From: Eledone cirrhosa | Taxonomy: Eukaryota | Length of the DNA stretch: 64,000 bases | Assembly: GCA_964016885.1 (NCBI GenBank) | Contig: OZ024741.1 | Coordinates: 389,918,001-389,982,000, forward strand | Reading direction: 5' to 3' | Shown: piece after piece, positions 12,581-25,934 of the stretch | Position numbering within the stretch: the first letter of the stretch is position 1 | Layout: each line of letters begins with the position of its first letter | Made by a program: the position numbers and the translations under genes | The notes under the pieces: model-generated | What the model saw: the letters and a program-made list of their open reading frames with translations, nothing else | Databases searched by the model: none | Told to the model about the DNA's origin: nothing

Positions 12581-15405
12581 AGGATCTGTGTGTGTGTGCA
12601 TGTGTAATCAACATATTACAGATGTCAATGTTTAACAATTTATCAATATTGTCTGCAACTGCCTCTAAAAGTATGGAAGTTTTGCTGGTATCTAGAGTTT
12701 GGTAATACTACGATCAATATGTTCTGATAGCACTTTTGCTCATAATATTTGAGTGTTTCATATTGCAATTGTACAGGCTTGGTTAGTTTCCAAATTCATT
12801 GGCTGAAAATAAACATTAGAATTTCGCTTGTATGAATTGATTTCTACTTTCAGCTCGAGATGAAAGAAGCTGCATTATATAACCATGGTCTGGATTAAAT
12901 TACCTATGTGCTTGTCTTTTCTGTTTAGTGCCTCTAACAGAGGAAACTTACAATCTAATGGACAATTTTATTGCCTATGAAATTCATCCTTTACTAGGCA
13001 TGCTATTTCACTATTTCTGTAACTGTTGCTGAAAGTTATGTTTAAACTGCATCCCATTATCTATAAAGTCTCATGAAGTCCCTACTCTGCACCCTTTTAA
13101 TTTCTATCTTTAGTGTACAATCTATTATAGCTCACTTTCAATTGTATTCAGTCCTTTGCTAACTGTGTTCACACCCACTCTGATATGACCTCTTACACAG
13201 TGTTTTAGCTTCTCAACTATTTCCTATATTAGTGATTATCTTAATTGTATATGACTCTGATGAGCTAGTAAACTTCAGTAATTTCAATTTTTCCAGCTTC
13301 CCTTTAAATAAAAATGTATCCATCACATATTTTTATTACTCTGTATCACTAGGAAGGCACATGTGATTAGGGTGTTGGGCTTGCAATCATAATATCATTG
13401 CAGGTTTGATTATTGGACCAGTTGGCGCATTGTGTTCTTGAACAAAGCACTACATTTCATGTTGCTCCACTTCACTCAACTGAAAATGGGTACCAGCAGA
13501 AGCTGGGATTTAATCTTGAGATGGACTGGTATTTTGCCCTCCACCTCCTAATGTCAATATCACTAACTTTTTCCTAGCAACTACATATTCATAACATTAA
13601 AATTAGCAGTTCAAAGCTTCCCAGGCCATCTTTGTCCCTTTTCCTTCACAATGTCTAACTGTCTTGCTGTTGTTTCATATTTCTATATTCAGAGGGGTGG
13701 ATTGGTAGTATCAGTAGTGCATAGGATGCCATGCATTGCAGCATAGAGTTACATCCCTTTATGTTGTGATTTCAAATCCCACCGGGGTTAGCTTTGCTAA
13801 TGAACCAGTAATGCACTGGGGTTGATTTAATTGACTTTCCCTTCCTTCTTATGCCTAAATCAGAAACCCTTATTTCTATATTCTCTTAATTATTGGGGAG
13901 AATTTCAAAGTTGTATTTTCTTAAGGCTGGTGGACTTAGTGGGTTGTGAGGATAGACTAAATCAGTGATTATCAACCTTTCTTAGGCGGTAGTGGGGATG
14001 ATGTAATAAAGTTAATTATTCCTAATACATTAGAGCAGATCTGATCAATGATACCCTGCTTCTTTTTATAAAAAATATAAAGGCAGTGAATTGACAGAGT
14101 TGTTAGAACGCCAGATAGAATGCTTTGCATTATTCATTTTGGCTCTCTGTTCTATGAGTTCAAATCCCGCCAAGGTCAACTTTGCCTTTCATCCAGTCAA
14201 GAAGGATAAAAAAAAGTACCAGTCTAGTACTGGGGTAGATTCTTTCTCTATATCTCTTTCCCATTTCCATTATCTCACTCTCTCTAACCTTCTCTGGAAG
14301 AAATCTGCTGTATTCATACCTGAAGAGGAGATGGGCTCCACCAGGTTTAAAAATGCCCTAAAAATGCTGTATATCAATATGGAAGTTATGGGACCTTATA
14401 TAAATAGTTTAGAATGAGATGACTGTGATAGTAGAAAATGTGATGTAACTTCTATCATAAAAGTAAAGAGCCTTAACTCTCGGTAGAGTTGTAGGGACGC
14501 CATCCTAATACACAGCATGTCTTTGACATTTTAAACTTAAGTTAGGTCAGTCTGGATTAAGGAGACCTATTTCATTTTTTTTTTAACATGTAAGACTATA
14601 CTGATTGATGTGTCTTTCCTTTTTTAAGACAGTTGGGTGTGATTTGAAATAATTTGGCTGCTATTTCTACACTCATTGAGTAACCACATTGAGGTTCCTT
14701 ATTGGCTTGATGCAAATGAAATAAATGAAGATAATAAAAAAAAACGATTGACAAGATCCCAGACCTCACTTGCTTATCGAGTGGGGTGGAACTCATCAAA
14801 CCAGACCAATGAAATGATATTTCCATTGGTCTTTCCATTACTGATACTATCTACCAGTCATAACTCTTGGCAGAAAGTGCAATGTGAAAAAACGTGTCTT
14901 GTTCAAGGACATAGCACATTGCCTGGTCCAGGAATTGAACTAGTAACCTCATGATTGCAGATCCATTTCTCTAACCACTAAGCCACCCATGTTCGCAAGA
15001 TAACGATAATGGTTGATTAAGTCTGAATAAAAATAGGTTTTATATAAATAACTTTCCTAATGTTTTTCCAGTTATTTTTAAAGCCATTTATAGAGTAGCT
15101 ACCTTTGTTATACTCAAATTTTTGTAATGGTCTTTAGGTATTTTTTATGATTTATCTACCTGGTAAGGCTTGTGGCCATAGTGGTTAGGGGGTAGGACTC
15201 ATGATCAGGATATTGTGGGTTCAATTTCTGCACTAGCTAGTGCATTGTGTTTTTTCAGGAGTTGTGACCAACAGATTTTATCAGTAATAAAAATATTTCC
15301 TTGGACCAGTTTAACAATTGGCTCCTTTCCTTTTCTGTTTAATCTAGTAAATTGTATCCAATTACTTCTCACCATATTTCTTTTCATTATTAAAACTTCA
15401 GGGCA

Positions 15406-15595
15406 GTGGATTGGCAGTATCGGTAGAGGGTCAGACACCATGCTTTGTAGCATAGAGTTACGTCCCTTTAGAGTCTGAGTTCAAATCCTGCCGAGGTTAA
15501 CTTTGCCTTTCATCCTTACGGGGTTGATAAAATAAAGTACCAGTAATACACTGGGATAATTGCTGGCCTTGTACCAAAAGTAGAAACAATTATTA
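15406..15595 (+). mobile_element. tRNA-derived SINE family B copy
   Basis: Near-identical to 16967-17159 and 39224-39408. Confidence 0.8.
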
Positions 15596-15609
15596 AAACT
15601 TCACATTTC

Positions 15610-15730
15610 TTAATATCAGATTTCATCGAGTCCTGTAAAGTGGAGCGACTGTTCCAGCACATCTCCCTTGCCATCCTCCAGGGCAATGCATTCTCCATCC
15701 TGCCAACCAGGACCACGAGACAGACTGTCT
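15610..15730 (+). mobile_element. CRE-clade LINE C-terminal fragment
   Basis: Translates to RLFQHISLAILQGNAFSIL, matching the CRE C-terminal LFQRLS.AIQRGNA motif. Confidence 0.55.
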
Positions 15731-15964
15731 CTTAAATTTCATTTATGTTGGTGGCATAAGGAATAGATTTACTTCCATAAGCACAAGTAGGTAAAGATTC
15801 CGAAATGTTAAATACTACTAGCCATTCATGACAGTGGATCTGTGTTGGTGTTAATGTTGGATTATATCAACTGTATCTCAACAAGAAGCATATTTTTTTG
15901 TATGAAACGGGGAGTGTAAAAGGTCAATTTTTAAAAAGACAGTGACCTTTAAAAAGCTTTCAAG

Positions 15965-16100
15965 ATATGATTCCTGAAACTGATATATCTTTACTAAATC
16001 CTTGTAATTTTTCTACTGAAAAGTCTATTTCAGCTTTATTCTTTGCAAACAGTTTCAAGTTCCCCATAAAGAGGAGAGTTTACTTTATGCTGAATTTGTT
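15965..16100 (-). mobile_element. Decayed R4-like RT fragment
   Basis: LLFMGNLKLFAKN...FSKDI resembles FFVDDLKLYAK...FSKDI at 60862-61000. Confidence 0.45.
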
Positions 16101-16966
16101 TCATGCTGTATTTTCTTCATGCTGGTTTTGCTTTATGCCTGTTTGTAATAATGAACCCACCATTTTTCATCTTTAGTAGAAGTCTTAAAAGTGTCATGTG
16201 CATCACACACAAAAAAATACAATAAAAAAAAACACATTGTATCACCTTAGTTAATTTAGCTTCTCATTTACAATCAACTTCCTTATGATCTTTGCCGTCT
16301 CTACTATCTGGAAACAATCTAAAATTGATAGATCATATAATAAGCCTTTTATAATTGGTCCATGCCATATGAGATAGCTGTGACACTTCCTGCAATCTTT
16401 CAGTACTTATTTATTTATATATCTATTTATTTACCATCAATAATTGATACCTACTATTTCTACCCTTGCTCCCCACCCCACCCCACCTCATTCCATTATT
16501 CTTGTCTGCTGGTAATACAATCTGTTTATTTACATACATACATACTATTAGCTATTATACCTCTCAATAGTTTCCACATTGGGATCCGGGTTATCGATCT
16601 AAAATCTAGCTGATATCAGCTTTGCTTTCTATCCTTCAGGGTTCGATAAAATATATGCCAGTCAAGTACTAGGGTTGATCTAATCAAATATGCTCTCTCT
16701 GAAAATGTGTGGCCTTGAGCCTATATTAGAAACCACCACCACCATCATCATCATGGTGGATTAGCAGCATTGTTTTAGCACCAAACAAAATTTGTTCTGA
16801 CATTTTACATTCTGTGTTGAAATCCCACTTAGGTCAACTGTGCTTTTCATGCTTCTAAGGGTTAATAAAATAAAGTACCAGTTAATTACTAAGATCGATA
16901 TAATTAACTTTTCCCTTCCTCCCAAATTGCTGGCCTTGTGTCAAAAGTAGAAACAATTATTATTAT

Positions 16967-17159
16967 GGTGGATTGGCAGTATCGGTAGAGGGTCGGACGC
17001 CATGCTTTGCAGCAAAGAGTTACGGCTCTTTATGGTCTGAGTTCAAATCCCGCCGAGGTTAACTTTGCCTTTCATCCTTACGGGGTTGATAAAATAAAGT
17101 ACGAGTAATACACTGGGATAATTGCTGGCCTTGTGCCAAAAGTAGAAACAATTATTATT
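16967..17159 (+). mobile_element. tRNA-derived SINE family B (long A-B box spacing, Meta/Sauria-like central domain, (ATT)n tail)
   Basis: GGTGGATTGGCAGTATCGG...GAGTTCAAATCCCGCC, then CTTTGCCTTTCATCCTTACGGGGTTGATAAAATAAAGTAC. Older relatives lie at ~13695-13870, 14080-14240, 16590-16965, 53470-53620(-), 57520-57680 and 63825-63880(-). Confidence 0.8.
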
Positions 17160-17260
17160 GTTGTATTTTCTTTACATGCAGAAATGCTCATTTGTACCAT
17201 CCTATGCTGTCCTTAATGTCAACCCTTGTAGTCAATAAAGAAAGCATTATTATTATTATT

Positions 17261-19877
17261 AGCAAAGGAGTAGTGATAGAGGAAAATAGAGTAGCGGGAG
17301 AGCTAGTCAGAAAGCTAGAAGAGGCGTTTAGGACAGGCATTGCAACCGACGTGCTTGCGGCGAGATTGGCACTCGACCAATTCTTCAACGCAAAACACGA
17401 AGGCTGCGTTGTCAGAGCTAGAGCGCGTGCTCTGAAACAGGAGGGGACAAAAGCCGTCCAATGGGCCCAGGTGGCAGAGGCGCGACGTGGTAACAAAGCC
17501 ACAATTTGGTCTTTGTCTGACCAAAACGGGTGCGTGATGCTCGAACCCGAGCGGATGTGTGAAGCTTTTCAGCAGCACTTTGCTGAACTGTTCGGGAGCG
17601 GCAGTGGCCCGGATCGGGGCATGGACTTCAGTGCATACCTCGACGGACTGCCTCGGCTCTCGACGACCGCAGCACAGTGTTGCGAAAAGCCAATAACAGC
17701 CGGTGAAATACGGGAAGTGATGGCTAGCTGCACAAGGGGTAAATCGCCAGGTTTGGATGGTCTGCCCTACGAGCTTTATGCATTTATGCCAGACTTGTTC
17801 GGTGACCTCTTGGCAGACGTCTACTGCAACTGGCAGCAGAACGGGAGCATTCCCAGTTTTGTGAGCCGGGGAGCAGTGGCGCTGCTGAGAAAAGACCCGA
17901 ACAAGGGGGATGTTATCAATAATTTCAGGCCCATAACCCTGCTAAACGCAGAGTTCAAGATTTTGGCCAAGGTGTTAGCAACGAGGTTGGCGCTTGTCGT
18001 CAAGGGTCTGGTGGGAGAGGCGCAGACATGCGCCATTCCGGACAGATCCATATACGACAACCTCCACGTCATGCGATACATCATAGAGAGGGTGGTTAAG
18101 GAACCTGGCACGGGTGGGGCCCTGATCAACTTGGATCAATCCAAAGCATTCAATAGGGTCGACCATCGGTACCTGGCGGCGGTCCTCAAGCAGCCGGTTT
18201 TGGGCCCGTTTTCAGGGGTTGGATCGCAGCAATGTACAGCGACATCTGCTCAGTTGTGAGGGTGAACGGTCACCTGTTGCAACCGTTCAGCATCATGCGC
18301 TCAGTCTGCCAGGGTTGTCCCCTCTCGTCCCTCTTGTATGTATTGGCTCTCGAGCCATTACTGCACAAACTGGAGGCGATGAAGGGCTTTGGACGGACGG
18401 ACCGGTTAAATTGCTCGGCCTCTGGTTCGAACCGGACCTCCAGATGGAGAAAAACTGGAACGAGGTGACCTCCCTCACCCAGAAATGGGCCGAGAGCAAG
18501 ATGCCCCTAAAAGGCCGGGCAGAGGTGGTGAATGCGTACATCGCATCCGTCATTTGCTACCGCCTCACCGTCGTCCCTTGCTCCAGCCCAACTCTCACCA
18601 AAATGGAGCGCCTCCTCTTCCGTTTTTTGTGGAAGGGACGCGCTCCCATGGTCAGACGATCCATCTGCTGTCAACACCCGTTACATGGAGGACTGGGCAT
18701 GCCATGGCTGATGATGCGCAAACATGCGCTGAAGCTGCGACATCTCTGGTGCTTCCTTGATGGTGAACAGGTGTGGTCGCCGTTCGCCAGGCATGTTTTC
18801 CCACAGCTCATCTCCTTGACGGAGCTGCAGTCCTGGGTCAGAAAAAGACCAAGGGATAGCGCTTGGAAACTGGAATGTCTCCAGGCGCTCACTGCCCTCT
18901 GCCAGCTGGACACCAGTATCGGTGGAACATCCACCTCGGCGTTCTATAGAGGACTAGTGGAGGGGAAGAGTGACGATATTCTTGGAGAGATCCTGGGCGT
19001 CGAAGAAGATCAGCTGTTTGCTCTCTTCCGGAGAACTTTCAGCCCGGGGCCTATGGATAACTTCCAAAAATCCCTGGCCTGGCAGTGCTACCGGGGAGCG
19101 CTGCTGTTTGAGATAAGCTCTACAGGCACGGAAGTGCCGTCAGCCGAGTCTGTCCGAGATGCGCGCAGAGCGACGAAACCATCGTGCACGCACTCGTTCA
19201 GTGCCCGAGCATTGCTGACTTGTGGAGCTATGTCGAACAGTTGCTGTCACGTGTAGGACTGATCCGGTTGTCGACTGAGTCCATTGTGCAGATGGTCTCG
19301 CCATCTTCCTTCGAGGAGGAAAGGCAGGCGGTTTTCATCTGCCTGGTGGCCATGGCGAAAGAGATTGTGTGGTGGACAAGGTTAAAAGGGTTAAAGACAG
19401 ACACTTTCCTCTTCGGCGAATTCCTAATTAATTTTTTCAAGTTTCACTTGAAGAGGAAAATCAGGGTGGAGAGGCAAGTGCTGCCTTCTAGCAAGTTTGT
19501 TGAAAGGTGGGTGAATGTAGCGAGAATGGTCCGAGTGAACGAGACCGCTCTGAATATACGTCTGTAGTTTGAGAGATGGAAAAATTGAGAGAGGGCGCTT
19601 GCCCTGGTAGTCAGGGTGGCCGTGGTCTTTTGTGTGGTTTTCGCCACGAGTAACCCTCGGAGGTTTCCCCCCATATTGGGGAATTTTTCATTGTTTCAAT
19701 TTTCATTTTTATTGTTTATATATATATATATGTTCTATGTCCTTTTTTCTTTTATTTTCTTATATAAATAATAAAAATATTTACACGCACAAAACCCACA
19801 TCGTACCGTCCTGTACCGTCTGTAATGTTTTTTCTTGATGTCAGCCCTTGTGGCCAATAAAGAAATTATTATTATTA
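17261..19877 (+). mobile_element. Tx1/L1-clade LINE, 5'-truncated, with an internal deletion removing the YADD region
   Basis: KSPGLDGLPYE, NFRPITLLNAEFKILAK, LDQSKAFNRVDH, SVCQGCPLSSLLY, then a jump to WTDGPVKLLG. A zf-RVT knuckle and a stop at 19567 follow; the 3' UTR ends AATAAAGAA(ATT)n. Confidence 0.9.
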
Positions 19878-20129
19878 TTAGTAGTAGTAGTAGTAGTAGT
19901 ATGATAATAATAATAATAATTATTATTATTATTATTAGTCATATTTTTATTGTATGTCATCACTGCATTAGCTCTATATGCTTTGTTTATGTACAGTGTT
20001 ATTTTAGATTTTGTTTTTATTTCTATTGTATAGAGAGTACTCTTTGTAATATGTGTGCAGTGCCTCGTATTGCTATTTCTGTATGCTGGTTATACTTGTA
20101 AGTTCTGGGGTACTCTATATATGTGTGCA

Positions 20130-20408
20130 GTGGTAAGGGTGTTGGACTTACAATCATAATGTTGTGGGTTCAATTCCTGGACTGTGTTGTGTGTTGTGTT
20201 CGTGAGCAAAACACTTCATTTCATATTGCTCCAGTATACTCAGCTGAAAATAAGTACAAACAATAGCTGGGGGTTTGACCCTGCAATGGAACGGTGTCCT
20301 CTCCAGAGGGTGGTGGGGGTTCTTGTACTCTCAGTCATTTCATGCCACAAAACCAGGATAAGTACCGGTCTGATGAGCCTCCTGGCTTGTGACTAACTTT
20401 AGACTTGA
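20130..20408 (+). mobile_element. 5'-clipped tRNA/CORE-like SINE with a different 3' tail, inserted inside a minisatellite unit
   Basis: B box GGTTCAATTCC and CORE-like GAGCAAAACACTTCATTTC; tail CTGATGAGCCTCCTGGC..ACTTTAGACTT. A related copy lies at 58385-58660(-). Confidence 0.7.
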
Positions 20409-20419
20409 CTCTAGGCAAT

Positions 20420-23400
20420 AGAATTGCTATTTTCTGTATGTTGTATATATTTGTAAGTCCTGGGGTACTCTATGTAATATGTGTACAGTGTCTAGTTGAG
20501 CTATTTTCTGTATGCTGTATATATTTGTAAGTCCTGGGGTACTCTATGTAATATGTGTACAGTGTCTAGTTGAGCTATTTTCTGTATGTTGTATATATTT
20601 GTAAGTCCTGGGGTACTCTATGCAATATGTGTACAGTGTCTAGTTGAGCTATTTTCTGTATGCTGTATATATTTGTAAGTCCTGGGGTACTCTATGTAAT
20701 ATGTGTACAGTGTCTAGTTGAGCTATTTTCTGTATGCTGTATATATTTATAAGTCCTGGGGTACTCTATGTAATATGTTTACAGTGTCTAGTTGAGCTAT
20801 TTTCTGTATGTTGTATATATTTGTAAGTCCTGGGGTACTCTATGTAATATGTGTACAGTGTCTAGTTGAGCTATTTTCTGTATGCTGTATATATTTGTAA
20901 GTCCTGGGGTACTCTATGTAATATGTGTACAGTGTCTAGTTGAGCTATTTTCTGTATGCTGTATATATTTGTAAGTCCTGGGGTACTCTATGTAATATAT
21001 ACAGTGTCTAGTTGAGCTATTTTCTGTATGCTGTATATATTTGTAAGTCCTGGGGTACTCTATGTAATATATACAGTGTCTAGTTGAGCTATTTTCTGTA
21101 TGCAGTATATATTTGTAAGTCCTGGGGTACTCTATGTAATATATACAGTGTCTAGTTGAGCTATTTTCTGTATGCTGTATATATTTGTAAGTCCTGGGGT
21201 ACTCTATGTAATATGTCTACAGTGTCTAGTTGAGCTATTTTCTGTATGCTGTATATATTTGTAAGTCCTGGGGTACTCTATGTAATATGTGTACAGTGTC
21301 TAGTTGAGCTATTTTCTGTATGCTATATATATTTGTAAGTCCTGGGGTACTCTATGTAATATGTGTACAGTGTCTAGTTGAGCTATTTTCTGTATGCTGT
21401 ATATATTTGTAAGTCCTGGAGTACTCTATGTAATATATACAGTGTCTAGTTGAGCTATTTTCTGTATGCAGTATATATTTGTAAGTCCTGGGGTACTCTA
21501 TGTAATATGTGTACAGTGTCTAGTTGAGCTATTTTCTGTATGCTGTATATATTTGTAAGTCCTGGGGTACTCTATGTAATATGTTTACAGTGTCTAGTTG
21601 AGCTATTTTCTGTATGCAGTATATATTTGTAAGTCCTGGGGTACTCTATGTAATATGTGTACAGTGTCTAGTTGAGCTATTTTCTGTATGTTGTATATAT
21701 TTGTAAGTCCTGGGGTACTCTATGCAATATGTGTACAGTGTCTAGTTGAGCTATTTTCTGTATGCTGTATATATTTGTAAGTCCTGGGGTACTCTATGTA
21801 ATATGTGTACAGTGTCTAGTTGAGCTATTTTCTGTATGCTGTATATATTTATAAGTCCTGGGGTACTCTATGTAATATGTTTACAGTGTCTAGTTGAGCT
21901 ATTTTCTGTATGTTGTATATATTTGTAAGTCCTGGGGTACTCTATGCAATATGTGTACAGTGTCTAGTTGAGCTATTTTCTGTATGCTGTATATATTTGT
22001 AAGTCCTGGAGTACTCTATGTAATATGTGTACAGTGTCTAGTTGAGCTATTTTCTGTATGCTGTATATATTTGTAAGTCCTGGGGTACTCTATGTAATAT
22101 GTGTACAGTGTCTAGTTGAGCTATTTTCTGTATGTTGTATATATTTGTAAGTCCTGGGGTACTCTATGCAATATGTGTACAGTGTCTAGTTGAGCTATTT
22201 TCTGTATGTTGTATATATTTGTAAGTCCTGGGGTACTCTATGTAATATGTGTACAGTGTCTAGTTGAGCTATTTTCTGTATGCTGTATATATTTGTAAGT
22301 CCTGGGGTACTCTATGTAATATATACAGTGTCTAGTTGAGCTATTTTCTGTATGCTGTATATATTTGTAAGTCCTGGGGTACTCTATGTAATATATACAG
22401 TGTCTAGTTGAGCTATTTTCTGTATGCAGTATATATTTGTAAGTCCTGGGGTACTCTATGTAATATATACAGTGTCTAGTTGAGCTATTTTCTGTATGCT
22501 GTATATATTTGTAAGTCCTGGGGTACTCTATGTAATATGTCTACAGTGTCTAGTTGAGCTATTTTCTGTATGCTGTATATATTTGTAAGTCCTGGGGTAC
22601 TCTATGTAATATGTCTACAGTGTCTAGTTGAGCTATTTTCTGTATGCTGTATATATTTGTAAGTCCTGGGGTACTCTATGTAATATGTGTACAGTGTCTA
22701 GTTGAGCTATTTTCTGTATGCTATATATATTTGTAAGTCCTGGGGTACTCTATGTAATATGTGTACAGTGTCTAGTTGAGCTATTTTCTGTATGCTGTAT
22801 ATATTTGTAAGTCCTGGGGTACTCTATGTAATATATACAGTGTCTAGTTGAGCTATTTTCTGTATGCAGTATATATTTGTAAGTCCTGGGGTACTCTATG
22901 TAATATGTGTACAGTGTCTAGTTGAGCTATTTTCTGTATGCTGTATATATTTGTAAGTCCTGGGGTACTCTATGTAATATGTTTACAGTGTCTAGTTGAG
23001 CTATTTTCTGTATGCAGTATATATTTGTAAGTCCTGGGGTACTCTATGTAATATGTGTACAGTGTCTAGTTGAGCTATTTTCTGTATGTTGTATATATTT
23101 GTAAGTCCTGGGGTACTCTATGCAATATGTGTACAGTGTCTAGTTGAGCTATTTTCTGTATGCTGTATATATTTGTAAGTCCTGGGGTACTCTATGTAAT
23201 ATGTGTACAGTGTCTAGTTGAGCTATTTTCTGTATGCTGTATATATTTATAAGTCCTGGGGTACTCTATGTAATATGTTTACAGTGTCTAGTTGAGCTAT
23301 TTTCTGTATGTTGTATATATTTGTAAGTCCTGGGGTACTCTATGCAATATGTGTACAGTGTCTAGTTGAGCTATTTTCTGTATGCTGTATATATTTGTAA

Positions 23401-24292
23401 GTCCTGGGGTACTCTATGTAATATGTGTACAGTGTCTAGTTGAGCTATTTTCTGTATGCTGTATATATTTGTAAGTCCTGAGGTACTCTATGTAATATGT
23501 GTACAGTGTCTAGTTGAGCTATTTTCTGTATGTTGTATATATTTGTAAGTCCTGGGGTACTCTATGCAATATGTGTACAGTGTCTAGTTGAGCTATTTTC
23601 TGTATGTTGTATATATTTGTAAGTCCTGGGGTACTCTATGTAATATGTGTACAGTGTCTAGTTGAGCTATTTTCTGTATGCTGTATATATTTATAAGTCC
23701 TGGGGTACTCTATGTAATATGTTTACAGTGTCTAGTTGAGCTATTTTCTGTATGTTGTATATATTTGTAAGTCCTGGGGTACTCTATGTAATATGTGTAC
23801 AGTGTCTAGTTGAGCTATTTTCTGTATGCTGTATATATTTGTAAGTCCTGGGGTACTCTATGTAATATGTGTACAGTGTCTAGTTGAGCTATTTTCTGTA
23901 TGCTGTATATATTTGTAAGTCCTGGGGTACTCTATGTAATATGTGTACAGTGTCTAGTTGAGCTATTTTCTGTATGCTGTATATATTTGTAAGTCCTGGG
24001 GTACTCTATGTAATATGTGTACAGTGTCTAGTTGAGCTATTTTCTGTATGCTATATATATTTGTAAGTCATGGGGTATTCTATGTAATATGTGTACAGTG
24101 TCTAGTTGAGCTATTTTCTGTATGCTGTATATATTTGTAAGTCCTGGGGTATTCTATGTAATATGTGTACAGTGTCTAGTTGAGCTATTTTCTGTATGTT
24201 GTATATATTTGTAAGTCCTGGGGTACTCTATGTAATATATACAGTGTCTAGTTGAGCTATTTTCTGTATGCTGTATATATTTGTAAGTCCTG
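20420..24292. repeat. Minisatellite, 74-bp unit (some 70-bp variants), about 53 copies
   Basis: Unit GCTATTTTCTGTATGCTGTATATATTTGTAAGTCCTGGGGTACTCTATGTAATATGTGTACAGTGTCTAGTTGA; successive AGTGTCTAG at 20487 and 20561. Confidence 0.97.
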
Positions 24293-25104
24293 GGGGCAGG
24301 TATGTATGCTTCTGTCTGTTTTTCTTTCTTTATCATTGCCATAGCAACTATTATTATAGAGAGCCATTTAGTGATATTATACAAAACCTAGTGATCTTAT
24401 TACAACAGGAATTACTATATGTTATCTCTCTGTAATTTTACCACAGTTTTACTTCCCACTTTAGTTCCTAGTATTTATTTATCTTCTTTTCGTTTTCTTT
24501 AATAGAGTGGGCTACATCTATAATATTACAAATTATAATATCTTTCTCTAGTTAAACCTGTGTTGGACTTACTTATAAGCTAATTAAGTTATAGCTTAGA
24601 GCCACACACCCTCATTTTGTAATCATTAATAAATAATTATGAATAGTTATTTTAAATATTTTTACCAAAATGTTTTTTAGAGAATGGCCTCAAATTTCAT
24701 ATAGCTTAGGGCCTCAGCAGGTAAAAGTCGTGCCCTGAGTACAACTATACCTATCTGGTCTTGCGTGTTCCAGTTTCTCTAATGCTGGTGTCACAAAAAT
24801 TCAGCCAGTATGCACAGTAAAGTGGTTGGTGATAGGAAGGTCATCTAGTTGTAGAAAACTTACTAAACAAAGAATCAAAAAAACTCTTCAGCTGTATCAA
24901 AAGTGTTGGCGTGATGATAAAACACACCCAGTAGACGCTGTAGAGTACAGGAATGTATGTGAGATGTACTCCCTGGTGCATCTGACCTGTTCTGTAACAA
25001 ACTGTTCAACTCTTGCCAGCAGGGAAAACTTACATTAAATTATCATGATGATGATATATGTATGCATATATGTGTATACATATATGTATGTATCTATAAA
25101 TATA

Positions 25105-25920
25105 TCATCATATCATCATCATCATCACCGTTTCACGTCCGTTCTTCCATGCTAGCATGGGTTAGACGGGTTGTCCTGTTGTGGGCAGTGTCTGGTTGGC
25201 TGACCATGCCTTGCTCATACAGGAACTGATTTTGGCTTGATTTCTACAGCTGGATGCCCTTCCTAACACCAACCTCATTTACAGTGAGTGCTGGGTGCTT
25301 TTTTCCGTGGCGCCTACATGTCCACTTTACAGTGTGGGCTGGGTGCTTTTTTGCCGTGGCACCTCCACGACCATTTTGCAGTGGGAGGGTGTGGGGGCAT
25401 ATTGTCTATATGCTTCAGCTTGTACCCATGGGAGGTCGGGTACTCTGTATTACTGCGTGACGCCAGAGGTCACGGTCGTGTGTCATCGCCTTTGAGAGGT
25501 GTAATTGGGTAAGGTCGGCTTTTATCACCTCATCCCAGGTCTTCTTGGGTCTCCCCACTCCGTGGTTTCCATTGACTTCTAGTGCTCTGCACCTTTTTAT
25601 GCAGCTGTCATCCTTCATACGCATCACATGTCCATACCAACGCAACCGCCTCTCCTGCACACAGCATTTGATTCCTCTTATGCTCAGTCTCTCTCTCAAT
25701 TCATTTATGCTTTGCCATTCGCGTATATTACTATTACACATCCATTGGAGCATGCAGGCTTCGTTTCTTTCTAATCTACGTAAGTCTTCCACCTTCAGCG
25801 CCCAGGTCTCACTATCATGTTACATTGCTGTTCATATACACGCATCATACAGTCTGCCTTTCATTTTGAGGAAAAAGCCTTTTGCAGCTAGCAGTGGCAA
25901 TAGTTCCCTGAATTTCTTCA
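25105..25920 (-). mobile_element. RTE LINE 3' fragment with 3' UTR and (GAT)n tail
   Basis: ORF 25415-25792 LERNEACMLQWMC..RRLRWYGHVMR..GRPKKTW; sister subfamily of 1498-5581. Confidence 0.85.
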
Positions 25921-25934
25921 TATCTATAAATATT

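Larger units (their letters stand above)
19905..24365 (-). mobile_element. 3' end of an R4/Dong-clade (RLE) LINE whose terminal codons were amplified into a minisatellite
   Basis: The minus strand reads IIIVAMAMIKK..YIP(APGLT) before the array and IQK(I)AIRGTAHILQRVLSIQ* after it (~20025-20115), followed by a short 3' UTR and (TAA)n. Confidence 0.7.

Noticed and set aside
20360-20400. Hammerhead at CTGATGAGCC..GGC (also 58242, 62475, 62570)
   Set aside because: No GAAA or stem III follows; these are SINE/repeat tail sequences.
20420-24292. CRISPR array or repeat-protein gene
   Set aside because: There are no unique spacers, the 74/70-bp units are not multiples of three, and the context is eukaryotic.
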